A DNA stretch of 62,389 nucleotides, counting the filler, from Basidiobolus ranarum (lineage: Eukaryota), in the NCBI GenBank assembly GCA_040143965.1. It is 18 parts of 18 records of this genome, joined end to end, with 100 filler letters (N's around TTAATTAATTAA, not from the genome) between each part and the next. Parts side by side here need not be neighbours in the genome. Positions count along the whole stretch, not along the records: positions 38,230 to 41,598 come from JASJQH010009414.1; positions 41,699 to 45,067 come from JASJQH010009415.1; positions 45,168 to 48,534 come from JASJQH010009416.1; positions 48,635 to 52,000 come from JASJQH010009417.1; 14 more parts are not named here. The stretch is one strand, 5' to 3'. The translations under genes were made by a program, and so were the position numbers. Under the pieces are notes generated by a model. The model was not told the DNA's origin. It did not search any database and saw only the letters and a list, made by a program, of their open reading frames with translations. Shown here piece by piece: positions 38,230-50,253 of this stretch; the first letter of the stretch is position 1, and each line of letters starts with the position of its first letter.

Positions 38230-40340
38230 TTAACTTCCAGACTGTGTCTGCTTTATTGTTAGGTAGAGCTCTAGCTTCCACCCAACAACTAAGGTCATCT
38301 CTGGCAACTACAAGAATTTTTTTGTTGCTAGCTGTAGTCATATGTACAAGATCAATTCCCACCTTCTGCCATAGTGCTGGTACATAGGTGGGATAAAGTG
38401 GTTTCTTATATCTTTTGGTTGATCTCCTTTGGCATGCATTACATGTCTCCACATGTGCTTTGATATCCTGATATTGATTGGTCCAATAGTATCTTAGTGT
38501 TGAGTCCTTGAAAGTAGCCTCTCTGCCATGGTGTCCTCCTGGCTCTCCTTCATGGATCTCTTTATTGATCCTCCAATTTTCTCTAGAATCAAAGATCACT
38601 CTTCTTAGTACTTGTCCTGCCTTAACAAGCTGGAAAAGTAGTCCATCCTTTACAAGAAAGTGATGGGCTTTCCTCCTGAGGTTTCTGGGTAGCTGGAGAT
38701 CTAAGGTGTATGGTCTCTGTAACATAGTCAAATAATGGACAATATCTCTCCATTCTTCAGGTATAGGAGTACTGATAGAAACTTGGTATATGTTGGCATC
38801 AAGGGAGTCTTCAGAATTGTAACCAGAGTGTATTTCCCTAGGTCTTAGTCCCATTCTTGATAGGCAATCCGTAACAACATTTGCTTATCCTGGTATGTGT
38901 ACTACTTCGAAGTCAAACGTCTTGAGCCAAGCCATCCAGCAGTTGGTAGCATCATCTGGTAGATCAGGTTTTGTTGATCATCCCAATAAGTGGTCTTGCA
39001 TCTGTTTCAGGTATGAAGTGAGTCATATAGAGTTGGGCCTACAGTTTCTTGATCATCTTTATGGCTCCAAGTAGCTCTCTGTTGACCTGGGAATATCCTT
39101 GCTCCCTAGGGTTGAATAAGCAGCTTTCATATCTGCTGGCACAGTGGTTGCCTGCCTCATCATTCTTGCCTAAAAGAGTGTCCTGCCCCAATAGGACTTT
39201 AGTCAACTATGAGTATTGGTGGTCTTGTGGCATCTGCGTAGTCTAGTGGCTTAAGTATTGGATGCAGTGTTAGTGCTTGCTACAGCTTCTCCATAGCAGC
39301 ATGTTGATCAGGTCCCCATTCAAACTTCACATTCTTTCTTTGTAGTTGGTATATGGGCTCTGCAATTTGAGAGAAATTGGGAATCAATGTTCTAAAAAAT
39401 CCATAAGAGCCCACAAATCCTCTTGCTTGGGTTAAGTAGCTTGGTGTTGGCCATGTGAGAAGTTTTTCAATCTTAGATGGTCTTGGTGTTCTTCCATGGA
39501 TGTCACATTCTTGGCCAACCATGGATATTTCTGGAATTCCAAAGTCACCTTTCTCACCACTTATTGTGAGTCCAGCCTTCTCAATTTTGGTCAAAATATT
39601 GTCATTGGCTTGTATATAGTCATATAAAAATCTTCTTACTCCTTGGAGTACTTTAGTTGTGACCTTGCTGGGTGATCCATTTATGTCAATGTCATCTACA
39701 AATACAGCTAACTTGTTGGGGATGAACTTGTGGAGAAAATTGACCATCATACATTGAAACTGTGCAACACAGTTGGTTCCACCTTGGTTGAGTCTGGTCA
39801 TTTTTAGTAGCCCAAAGAGAGTCTGTAGTCCAAATATGTCTCTTGAGGTTTCATCAATAGGAATTTGGTTGAATCCTGAATATAGACCAGAGGTTGAATA
39901 TATGGAAGCTCCTGCAAAGCACTCTGCAAACTCCTCAATTGAAGGAGGTACTGCAGCATCCCTGATTGTTATTGCATTGCAGGCTGCATGTCTTGTACAA
40001 ATCCCAATTTGCCATTCTTCTTCTTTGTGACAAACCAGCAGTTAGCATAAGGTCCATATTATGGCTCTAGGATTCCAGCTATAATTTTACTCTTTAGAAG
40101 TGCATGTACATCTGATTGCACACCTCTTGGTTGTGGGTAAGGTTTATAAGTTGATGGTGTGTCCCAAGGTGTGAATTTCTGTTGGTTTCTGAACTGAGGG
40201 CAGTAGTAGTCCCATTTCCTGGTTGTTGTATGCACAGACTCAGTCATGTCTAACCATAGACTTGTTCCATTGGACCAGGTCAGATTGTGCCACTTGATCC
40301 AGCTGGCTAGCACATCATCTGGCATGATCTCTCAATTATC
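38230..40340 (-). mobile_element. Ty3/Gypsy pol (RT, RNase H, integrase) pseudogene
   Basis: MTRLNQGGTN, FVDDI, FEWGPDQ, integrase HHCC (GGHHGREAT...CNACQ), KVGIDLVHM and ARDDLSCWVEARAL. RT precedes IN. Confidence 0.92.
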
Positions 40341-41431
40341 ATGGCTGGGTCCTGTAGCACTTGATTGGACACTATAAGCAGCAATATGGCACAATCTCAC
40401 CAAAATCAGATATGACAATTTTATTGGAGTTCTTGTGCCAGCCAGTACCACGTTACCCAATTTAGTATTACCAATTAAGATTTTGGGTAACTGACAAATC
40501 AAGTTCATTCCCTAGTTTGTAATTTATGAATTATTGAATGTGTAACAATGAACAATTTATACTGTTACTTACCCAATCAAATATATAACCAAGACATTCA
40601 CACAATTTTAGGCCAATCATTTGTCCCTCACTAACACAGTATCCTGATTTTCAATTGGGCCCAATGGCTCCTGCATTACAAAACACCAGTAGTTTTGGCA
40701 CACCAGCAACAAATCACAGCACTAAATGATGGATTGATCTGCAGTAAGATAGTAGCAATCAGGATCACTTGATTCATCATTTTTAGATCAGCATATTATT
40801 CATTCAATCATGCAAGCTTCTAATTGGGTAAGAATGTGAATGGATTGAGCCATATTGAGCTAATTTGGCTGTGCAAGCTTATTATTGACAGACATTTTTC
40901 ATTTAATTGTAGTGATATTGGTTGTATTAATAGGCTATCATTGATTTTTTTTAATATATGACAACTTTATGCTATCAGTGTTTCATAAAGACATAAGCAA
41001 TCATGATCCAACTAAAGCAATTTATGCTATATATAACTGCAATCCATATCAATATTGCATGATGCGCTAAACAACAAAGATAGGATAATGTAAATTTTCA
41101 CAAGAGAATTCAGCAGTTGCCTAGGAGTGATGCAGTACATGCTGATTTGCTTCTGTTACTTTTGTTACCTCCTTGATATTTCCATGGCAGGAACTTTGCT
41201 TGAATCTCTGTGCTGAGTTGGTTGATTTGATCCGGCTGAAGTTCCTCTACCTTGGCCAGCATGAGCTGTGGCTTGAGATTGATATGCTGTGGTATGCATA
41301 GGCTCATCTGGTGTAGTTTGCAGTTTGTTTGTATCTACAGTCTCTTCTTCAGATGTGGAGCCTTCACTTAATAAGTCAACCAGCCATTGCTGCTGGCATG
41401 CAGCTCTACATGTTGACCTGCAATGTCCCAC

Positions 41432-41598
41432 TTGAGGTTTGTGCTCAACAATTATTGCTTCTTCAACCGTGGTTGATACTTCATCTCTTTTGACTGGCCG
41501 TGGCCACAGTTACATGGCAGTACATGTTGGAGCAAGTTGTCTACCTTGAGGTTTGTGCTTGACTGTTATTGCTTGTTCAACCATGGTGGAATCTTCAT
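41432..41598 (+). repeat. Imperfect direct repeat, ~115-bp period, in a decayed low-complexity ORF
   Basis: TTGAGGTTTGTGCT...TTCAACC...CTTCAT occurs at ~41432 and ~41547. Confidence 0.6.
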
Positions 41599-41698
41599 NN
41601 NNNNNNNNNNNNNNNNNNNNNNNNNNNNNNNNNNNNNNNNNNTTAATTAATTAANNNNNNNNNNNNNNNNNNNNNNNNNNNNNNNNNNNNNNNNNNNN

Positions 41699-42767
41699 TG
41701 CAACGGCGAAGAAACCTTTGGGCGGAGATCGCTAGCCATTTACAATCCAGAGGCTTTGATATATCCAGTGAGCAATGTGGCCAAATGTGGAAAAACATGT
41801 AGCGCACTGTTCGAGTAAGTATTTCTTTTGCCCTTTCTTATATGTCACTCTTTTTATTGACCTAATCACTTAATCTTAATCAATAGGAGGTGGAGGAATA
41901 CAATGGTAAAGTAGGACCAACGGAGAAGAAGAAGTGTTCTTTCTACGATGAAATATCCGACTTTTACAACAAAACTCGCTTCGACTCTCCTAAGCCTTCG
42001 GAGGTCGACGACCGTGTCACCCCAGAGTAAGTAGCATGATTTCTGAGCATCATGAATAAAGTAAGCGTAACGAATTGACTTAATTCTAATGGTTATAGGA
42101 GTGAGGGGAAAATTGACACACCTGATACTCTACCCTCAAGGTAATGGCTTGACAAACTTGTACTGAATTCCCGCATAACTTATTTGTACCTTCACTTAGT
42201 CTCTCGGATTTTCAAAATGGCTCGCATGGCGCTCGTGTATTTGATACGATGTCACCAAGTACAAACATTGGATGCTCAATATCTGTCCCCAATACACTAA
42301 ATCAAGCGAAACCTAGTGGCAATAGCACTGCACGCCCCAAACGCCCGTCGGATAGTGTTCTGACGCCACTTCATAATAAACTTCTACGCATTCAGCAAGA
42401 AGGCTTTGACTCTTCAATACCTCCAGAAAAGCTGTTAGATGAGTTCCGTTTGCTTGCTGAACAGCGGAGCTCTCTGAGTACGCCTTATGGTAGTCCCTTT
42501 CCGCACAAATCTAAACAAAGATCGCATATAACCGGTGAAGGACAAATGAACACTGGATCCAAAGAAGATGTGGAGAGATTCTTCAGCTTCTATCGTGAAC
42601 AAACCCTCCGAATGAACACCGGGGCCGAGAAAGCTCGAGAGAATTTTCGGTACACATTAGAAGTAATCGAAAATTTGGCCAAAAACTTCGCAGATAAGGA
42701 ACACCAGTATGCGGATCGTCAAGACATAATGTTTGAGAATTTTGTGGAGGCCTTAAGGAAGGATTAG
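41699..42767 (+). pseudogene. Trihelix Myb/SANT-like DNA-binding protein gene with an in-frame TAG at 41800-41802, 5' truncated. Exons ..41814, 41887-42026, 42099-42140, 42200-42767
   Basis: QRRRNLWAEIASHLQSRGFDISSEQCGQMWKNM*RTVR/EVEEYN...KCSFYDEI fits the W..I...L...G...S..QC..KWKNL...F(F/Y)DE pattern. Introns are GT-AG and in phase. The C-terminus looks like a coiled coil. Confidence 0.75.
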
Positions 42768-43564
42768 CAGTTGTTCATCCTCATCACGTAACCCCACCAT
42801 GCATTGTAAGAACTTCATTTAAATAGCTGATGGCTGTCTTTGATGTCTTCATCAGAGCTCTTTCTATTGTTTTTAGCACCCCTCATGTCGTTTCATCATA
42901 TTAATACCCTCACACTCGCCCCACCTCCTCATTCATTACTATTTGTACATAAGTTTATCTTTTTGGAAGCCTCCAATCTCATCTGTTGACATAAAACCAT
43001 TTTTGAAAAATGAATGGAACAGTTCTTTACTTAGGGTTAGTAGACTTGGCTCCATTACAACCATCCATTTTCTGAATATTCCCACAATGGCACTGATTTA
43101 GTACAGTGTTTTAACCTAAAATTAGATGACTGCAAAAAATAATTAGACAATCATAGAAAACCATTCAGATGAATGTCAACAGTAAAACTAGACGTATATA
43201 TTGAGAAATTTACGTTTGGTAGAAATATGCGTTACATTATCATAAAGCGAATCAAATAGAAGCAAGTTTTTTAACTAAGCTATCTCGTTTCTGGATCAAT
43301 TGATCATATCCACATATTGTTAAAAATTATGTCAACTTAGATCGTTCAATGAAATCAATTAAGACTGATTATATGCAAATTGAATCAAGTGTAAATGCGC
43401 TACCCGAGTCAATCAATAATCGTATATATATTATATGCACTTCTTAATAAATTGATCGATCTTCTTTCTTTTTACAAATCACTACTAAATTCTAACACAC
43501 ATGTCATCAACAAACTAATTTGTCTTTAAAATAACCTCTCACATACATAATTTTATACTACACT

Positions 43565-44262
43565 ATGTCAAGAAGAAACATTAGAGGTAAATAAATAACA
43601 TACATGAACAGTCAAACTTTTTTGTTCTTATATATCTTTTGCTTTTACAGTAAGCTGAAAAGAGTTCTGCTTCTTCGTCAAGCATTAAGAGAATAATGAC
43701 TGACAAGATGTCGGTGTCTACCATTGAATGGAAGGAACAATTCAGGCCCATACTAAAAGAGTTGGTTCATAACGTGAACGACCTTGTCACCCACACATTT
43801 GCTTTTTTAAAATTCGTCTTTATAAAAGAGTTTGCCAAAGACAATGAATTCGGCTTGAAAGAATATGAGAATATGTGACAAAAGATTTTTCGGGAAGTCT
43901 TTTTGTCTCTTATTGACAAACAGGTCAGAGATGGAGGTACGACCAGCAAATCTCAGCTTTCAGCCAAAATGCGTCAGGTGAGAGAGAAAATAAACACTTA
44001 TAGAGAAGAATATTGTCAACTTGCTTCCTATGCACCTATTAAATTGGCGACTGCTCAACAAATAGCAATCTATGAAAGCACTAAGATTCATACCACCTAC
44101 ATTAATAATGTAGCTCTTCACTTTGGAAATTGTCTCAGAATGTTTCTAAACAAGGTTTTACGAAAAAAAAGAAAAGAGGGAGAAGCTGACTCAAGATATG
44201 AAAATCAACGGCTGCTCAGAAGAGGAAATAAAAATTTCAGCCAGCGAATACATCGACTCACC
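43565..44262 (+). pseudogene. Fanzor1 (eukaryotic TnpB-like RNA-guided nuclease) N-terminal WED/REC region, disrupted and truncated
   Basis: KMSVSTIEWKEQFRPILKELVHNVNDLVTHTFAFLKFVFIKE...EVFLSL...YREEYCQLASYAPIKLATAQQIAIYESTKIHTTYINNVALHFGNCLRMFLNKVL, then after a frameshift KEKREKLTQDMKINGCSEEEIK. This resembles fungal Fanzor1 N-termini as I recall them. Probable intron 43587-43654, TGA at 43876, frameshift at A8 (44163-44170). Confidence 0.75.
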
Positions 44263-45167
44263 CACACGAACCCCGAACAGTGTTAATGAGTGCCTCAAAT
44301 ATGCACATAATAACGAATACTAAACAGTCACTCGACCACTTAGAGCTTCAACGTTTGTTGATATGGGCTACGATTTTCAGCCATGGTATTCCCCGTTCAC
44401 ATCCGGGCTTCATTTAAATATTTCGAAACAGAATCCTGGGCAAAGACAACCACGTCTCAATCCATATAATAGACCTAAAGCCAACTTTAGTCCCTCACAT
44501 CTCACTGTAGCTAATGAATTAGTTCGATCTTCCCGTAGTAGTAGTGTGACGAAAGAAGCGAATCCAAATACTTCACAATTCACAACTCTATTTGATCGAG
44601 GTTTCTAAGTGACTTCACAATTGCAATAATTATAGGTTTTACTAGTGAATTGGATTAAGGAATCTCTAATATTAAACTGTAAATTTAGAAGTGTTAGTTT
44701 TTATCATGGATATTCCATGGTTAGAGATCTGCTACTAAAATCAGGATATTTATGAGGAGTGATTTTGTTGTAAGATCCAACAATCTAGAAAAAAAATGAA
44801 AAAAATGGCTCTGGTTAGCAATGGGGGAATTCAGTTCCCTAAATTTGTAACTGCATTCTAGTCGGAATTCCTCCTCTTGCGTCTTTGGTACCCATAGACT
44901 TGACCACAAATCCGTTAATTATGGTACGTTAACAAATTTACCATATCGTTTAGAGTACAATGTACATCCATCAAAGCGAAGATATCAATTATTGATTTCT
45001 GCCAAGATTACGACGAGTCGCAATATGTTCCATTAAAGTTCATCAAACCCTAACTCTTGTTTTCTGTNNNNNNNNNNNNNNNNNNNNNNNNNNNNNNNNN
45101 NNNNNNNNNNNTTAATTAATTAANNNNNNNNNNNNNNNNNNNNNNNNNNNNNNNNNNNNNNNNNNNN

Positions 45168-45956
45168 AGATCTCAGGCAGCTACAGCAACTGTGCAAAGA
45201 TTTTGTAATTGGACATGAAAAACTTTATTACAGGTTTAAAGAAGATAGACTGAATCTATGTTGGTATTCAATACATACCCTGCTGCCTATTTGACAATGC
45301 TTAAAGATTATGGGCCCCTGCTATACATTCTGGGAGTTCACAAAGAAGTGCACCTGCCATGAAATGAGGCTGCATGGAAATTGTCAATATTACTGTATGC
45401 TCATCTAATTAAAGTTGTGTCAGCAAAATCAGTGATAGATGTATTGTAATGGTTTAAAGAGACTCCAGACTGTATCAACCTCCCAACAAAGGGCTCATTT
45501 CAATGTGCTTCTGGGTTTTTGCATTGTCTTAGCACAAGAACTACAACAAACTCAATCCATACTCTAAGACTGAGTACTGGTATAATTTGGACTGATTTGT
45601 GGGTGTGATAATCTGCAGTATTTCTAGGAAAGCTGTAAGGGAGACTCTTGGTGAGATAGATCAAAATACCTAGTTATATTATTTTAGCCATGGTGTAAGC
45701 TATTCAAGCAAAGTCATATCTACTTCTAACCAGAATTATGTTGACTGAAAGTTGTGGAAATTATGGCGGAATTCTCTATAGAAATTTGTCAAAATCAAGA
45801 AAGCAGCTAAAGATGGACTCAAGCACCAGAAGATAGTAGACCCAAGGGAAAAGCAAAGGGGCCAGTGAGTTTAGGCTCTACTGTCTGAGTTACCAAATAT
45901 TTCACACCATTACAAAGATCTGTATTTCCAGAGTCAGATATACCATCAAATATACT
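45168..45956 (+). mobile_element. CACTA-like transposase C-terminal part (45168-45800) fused to an ORF2 scrap (45800-45950)
   Basis: QQLCKDFVIGHEKLYYRFKEDRLNLC...GPCYTFWEF. 45845-45935 matches 61578-61675. Confidence 0.8.
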
Positions 45957-46258
45957 GTCACAATTAGAAATTGGACAAGGACTGGAAACAGAGATAAGGG
46001 GCTAGAGAGTGGGAGGACACTTGTGTGTTGATCACAAGTAAGACAAGACAAGACTGGACAGGAAAGATAATTTGAAAGAATCTTTATTGATAACTGGTGT
46101 TGATCTGACTGAGGTCTGATAAAGGAAAACAAGGAGCTTATATAGATATTTCAGGGTATAATATAATGTATTGAATAGGGAATATACTGTAGCAAGTTCA
46201 AGTGTCAGGGCATTGGAGACTAAAACAACCAATACAAAGGGGGATGATGTAAGGATGA
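45957..46258 (-). mobile_element. Probable LTR fragment(s)
   Basis: Starts TGTCACA. The minus strand has a TATA-like site (~46140) and AATAAA (~46085). AAGGGGGATGA-TGTAAG at ~46240 looks like a PPT-LTR junction. Confidence 0.35.
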
Positions 46259-46273
46259 TCAGATGACCTTCAG

Positions 46274-48382
46274 TCCTAGCAAAAACAAAATCAATTTGAT
46301 CTGGATCAGATTCACCCCTCTGGATTGCAAAACCATCAGAGTACTGTTACAGTATTGGTGGCTTGCATTTGACCAGGAATTTTGATGGTGGGACAGCAAC
46401 TTCTTGACAGTATTATTATGGTAATCACACATGGAAGAATTTGGATCCTCACATTTGTCATGCATTTTTTTATTTTGAACAACATTGGCAAAAAACTAAT
46501 TTTCAAATGGCAAATTACTAAGTTATTGCTATAGGAATTCAAATTAATATGCATACCTTTATTGAGATATTTTAGGCTTATATTACCACCATTATGAGAA
46601 TAAAAATATTGAAGAATCTTGTTGTGTTTATTCTCCACATATGAACATACTTGACTAATTGGACATAACACAACAACTCCAATATTTTATACCAGTAAAC
46701 CAATGGGGGGAAAATTGCTAAACATCTGAAACTTTGAATTGCACTGACACTTGGCAAATAGCTAACTCTTGCTACCATTCTTCATGAGAATAAGCTCTTG
46801 GACTTTGGAAAATTTCCAAAAAAAAACTCAGCTGATATATCTAAAACTAACAGTCAACAAATATCCTGCCATAAGTAGATGTGTCATTGCTTGAATAAAA
46901 TACCACTTGGCTAAAACAACAATATTGTGTATCTAATCTGTCTAACCAAGAAGTCTATCCTGCAGCTTTTCTAAAAATATTATCAGATTATCACACAAAC
47001 AATTAGTCCAAATTATAAAGGTACTTACTCTGTATCCATGGAGTGAGGTTTGTTGCTGTTATTGTGCTCAAGGAATGCAAAATCCCATGAGCATATTCAA
47101 AAGAGCCTTTTGTTGGAAGGCTGATATAGTCTGGAGTCTCCTTAATCCATTAATATATATCCAATAACAATTTTGCTGAAACATTGTTAATTAGATTAGC
47201 CCAAGGTAGTACTGGCAGTTTCAGAGAGCATCATTTCACCATAAGTGTGCTGCATTGGAAACTCCCAAAATATATAGCAAGGGCCTATGATCTCCAAGCA
47301 CTGTGAAAGATGCAAGAGAGAATGTATAGACTACTTGCATAGATTAAGACTATTATCTTCAAACTTGTAAAGAAGTTTTTCATGTACACTTACAAAATCT
47401 TTGCATAGTTGCTGTGTTTGCCTGAGATCTGCTAATGTGAGTTGATGCCTTAAGAATATATTTACAATATCCTCAAACAATACCCTATGTTGCCAATACT
47501 TACCAGGCAGAAATATTTTCAAAATTACACTTGTAGATACACGTGTCCAATATTCCCAGTTGTTGCATTTGAGTAAATGCTTAGATGAGTAGATATTGCT
47601 GGGAGTTCTGGTAAAATATGATGGCATCTTGATGTTTTCAAGCATTTTCCCTACCTATTCAAATTTTGATCCTATCCTGTATGGCTCATTCAGATTGATT
47701 TTCCACTATACAGCTGAGTAATTAGTATTGGAATGAAATCAAATAGTAAGTGCATAGTGCCTGATGGGAAGCTCTGGCCCTAGCTGATCCCCTTTAGCAA
47801 TACAATCATAGGCTTCTGGCTATTCTCAAGTGTAATGTTACACTGACTGTTTGGGGAATTGATCTCAATAGGCATGTGGAAATCCAAGGGCTCTTGATGG
47901 GAAAATTGTGGAGTTTAATGTTGTATTTGGATAGTAGTAGTCAGTGTCCTGGTAGAATAAGCTCCATTTATTTGATAAAACCTAGAGCAAGAAAGTGCAT
48001 TTTGCCTGCAAAAACCTGCAAGTTCACACATGGCAGAAGTGGCACCAACACATACAATGATATCAGCTTTAAAAAAGTATTTACCCATCTGTACAATATT
48101 AGATAACTACTCCAATGCCCCAATCCATGGCTCCAAAAAGCTATCCATAATCACTTGTGACTTAGGCCAAGATGTGATTGCTATTATCAAATCTTATACT
48201 TCTTATACCATTCAGAAGAAGGAAGATTTAAGTTTATTGAAACTATTGGCTGGCAAGCCTTTCCAGCAATATATTTGTCTAGTAAGAAATCATCCAGAGC
48301 CAATGCAAATGCATGCTCATATATTTTCTCAAAGAATCCTTGATGTATCAGATTTTGATGGTGATATCCATCAAGTCTATTG
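46274..48382 (-). mobile_element. CACTA-like end A plus transposase pseudogene
   Basis: Begins TCCTAGCAAAAAC. Reverse-complement homologue of 13948-16063. Confidence 0.85.
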
Positions 48383-48534
48383 CCATAACAAAAATAAAAG
48401 TGATTTGATCTGGATTGGATCCACCCTTCTAATTGCAAACCTGTCAGAGAACCATCACAACATTGGTGGCTTGCATTCTGCCTGGGATTTTGATGGTGTG
48501 ATGGTGGCTTCTTGACGGTATTTTGTTGGTATTC
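48383..48534 (-). mobile_element. A further CACTA-like end A inserted into the transposase
   Basis: CCATAACAAAAAT... repeats 46274-46420. Confidence 0.75.
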
Positions 48535-48634
48535 NNNNNNNNNNNNNNNNNNNNNNNNNNNNNNNNNNNNNNNNNNNNTTAATTAATTAANNNNNNNNNN
48601 NNNNNNNNNNNNNNNNNNNNNNNNNNNNNNNNNN

Positions 48635-49105
48635 AACAGCGTCAGCATCAAGTCTGGCTTGGAGGGTCTTCTTGTGTTGAAGACTACTGGATCATCCTTC
48701 ACCAACTTCCATCATTGCGAGAACACTACACTCCAAGATGCCGATGACCGTATATTCTCTACTACCGTCAAGGCTCACTACAACATCGATACTTCGATTG
48801 GTGTTGAGAACATTCCATTCGATCGTATCTTTGATGGAGTTCGTAAGACCACCTTGGATGTGTTTGCTCATGACGACTCTGCCTCCGTCCAAGCCACCAT
48901 GTACCGTATGGCTGAGTTGATCTTGAAGCGATTCCCTGAAGTCAAGGATGTTCACTATGCCCTTCCTAACAGCCATCACTTCACCACCAACCTTGCACCA
49001 TTCAAGCTTCCAAACTCTGGTCAAGAAATGACTATTTTCTCACCTATCACTGATTTCTCTGGATATATTACCGCAACAATTGGCCGTTCTAATAGCCGTA
49101 TTTAA
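48635..49105 (+). CDS. uox: Urate oxidase copy A, C-terminal half
   Basis: LVLKTTGSSF, TTL....DRIFST, SASVQATMY and LPNSHHF. Ends SRI*. Confidence 0.95.
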   Translation, partial: NSVSIKSGLEGLLVLKTTGSSFTNFHHCENTTLQDADDRIFSTTVKAHYNIDTSIGVENIPFDRIFDGVRKTTLDVFAHDDSASVQATMYRMAELILKRFPEVKDVHYALPNSHHFTTNLAPFKLPNSGQEMTIFSPITDFSGYITATIGRSNSRI

Positions 49106-50253
49106 TTTTCATTCCCCCAATTCATATATTCTGTACCGGTAAACATCACTACTACCGTAAATTTGTAATGAATCACCAAATCACTATTGGTATTGAGAAA
49201 TAAACCGAGTCTTGAGCTTTTTCATACCTTACGTGTAACATATATCACTTTGAAATGTTCTAATTTCTGCAAAACAATAAAGCACTTTTATATACATCTC
49301 CTGAGGGGAATATTTTTTTTCCAATTTATATGAGAGCCAAAGCGTATGCTCCTTTTTTCAATGTATTGTCCTGTATAATTGAATAACACAATAGGAGGGC
49401 ATTGTACGCGCTGAGTATTGCTATTGCTATTCCCATTCAATTGTGAAAAAAGGATAGACAGCAACCACAAGCTTTTTAATTGCACAACGACGAATATGAC
49501 TGTCGCGATGTAACTGGGTTGGTTATTAATATGTCGCCAGTAAGTCAGCTATATATCTTCAGTGGATAGGTGGAAGGGTTTCAAACAACCAACCCAGAAA
49601 GTCGATTTTCTTTCTCAGCCTAAGGTTTTTGCTGTTCAATAGTTTAATCTAGGAAATAGTCACTAAATCTTGGCAACTTGATCTATTGGTAGTAGGGGAT
49701 GAATTTCGATTTAACAGAACTATAACCGATGATTTTTATCGAACGACAGTTGATGTTGACTAGATTGAAAAATGATCAAGTGGTATCTGAATTATATATG
49801 GATGTCCAGTCAACAAAAAAGTCCAGTCAACAAGGCCCCTCGGTTGAGAGGTCATCTATTTTTCATGTTTAGCAAGACATCCTAATGAGAGAAAGCTCTG
49901 GGTATTGATCATTTAGCGCTTCTTACTTTCTGCAAAATTATTGCTTACATCAATAGCTAATCTAATGGATCGTATTACAATAGATTTGGGCCTTTATATA
50001 GGTTCCATGATCGGAAGCAAGTTAAATATTTTATGAAAACAAAGAAATGAATTTCTACAATTAGACCTAGTACCTTCGTTAATTCATTTGAGAGTAATGA
50101 ACTAGTAAGGCTGTCACGTTGTATGGTTAGATAACCTCTAATTTCATCGGGTATTCAACATAATATAAATCAGCAAGCTATGGAATATGCATATTATCTT
50201 TATTTGATGTCATAAAAAAAGCCTAATGAATAACCTGTTACAGTGCCGAATAC

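Noticed and set aside
42768-43100. Convergent Harbinger transposase C-terminus next to the Myb gene
   Set aside because: The minus-strand translation shows no DDE_Tnp_4 or LHN motif.
46274-48534. 2.1-kb tandem repeat or LTR pair flanking a transposase
   Set aside because: Both repeats start at the TIR motif and the second interrupts the coding region, so nested insertion explains it better.
49288-49485. 65-aa signal-peptide-like ORF between the uricases
   Set aside because: It starts at GTG, which is unlikely in a fungus, and has no other support.
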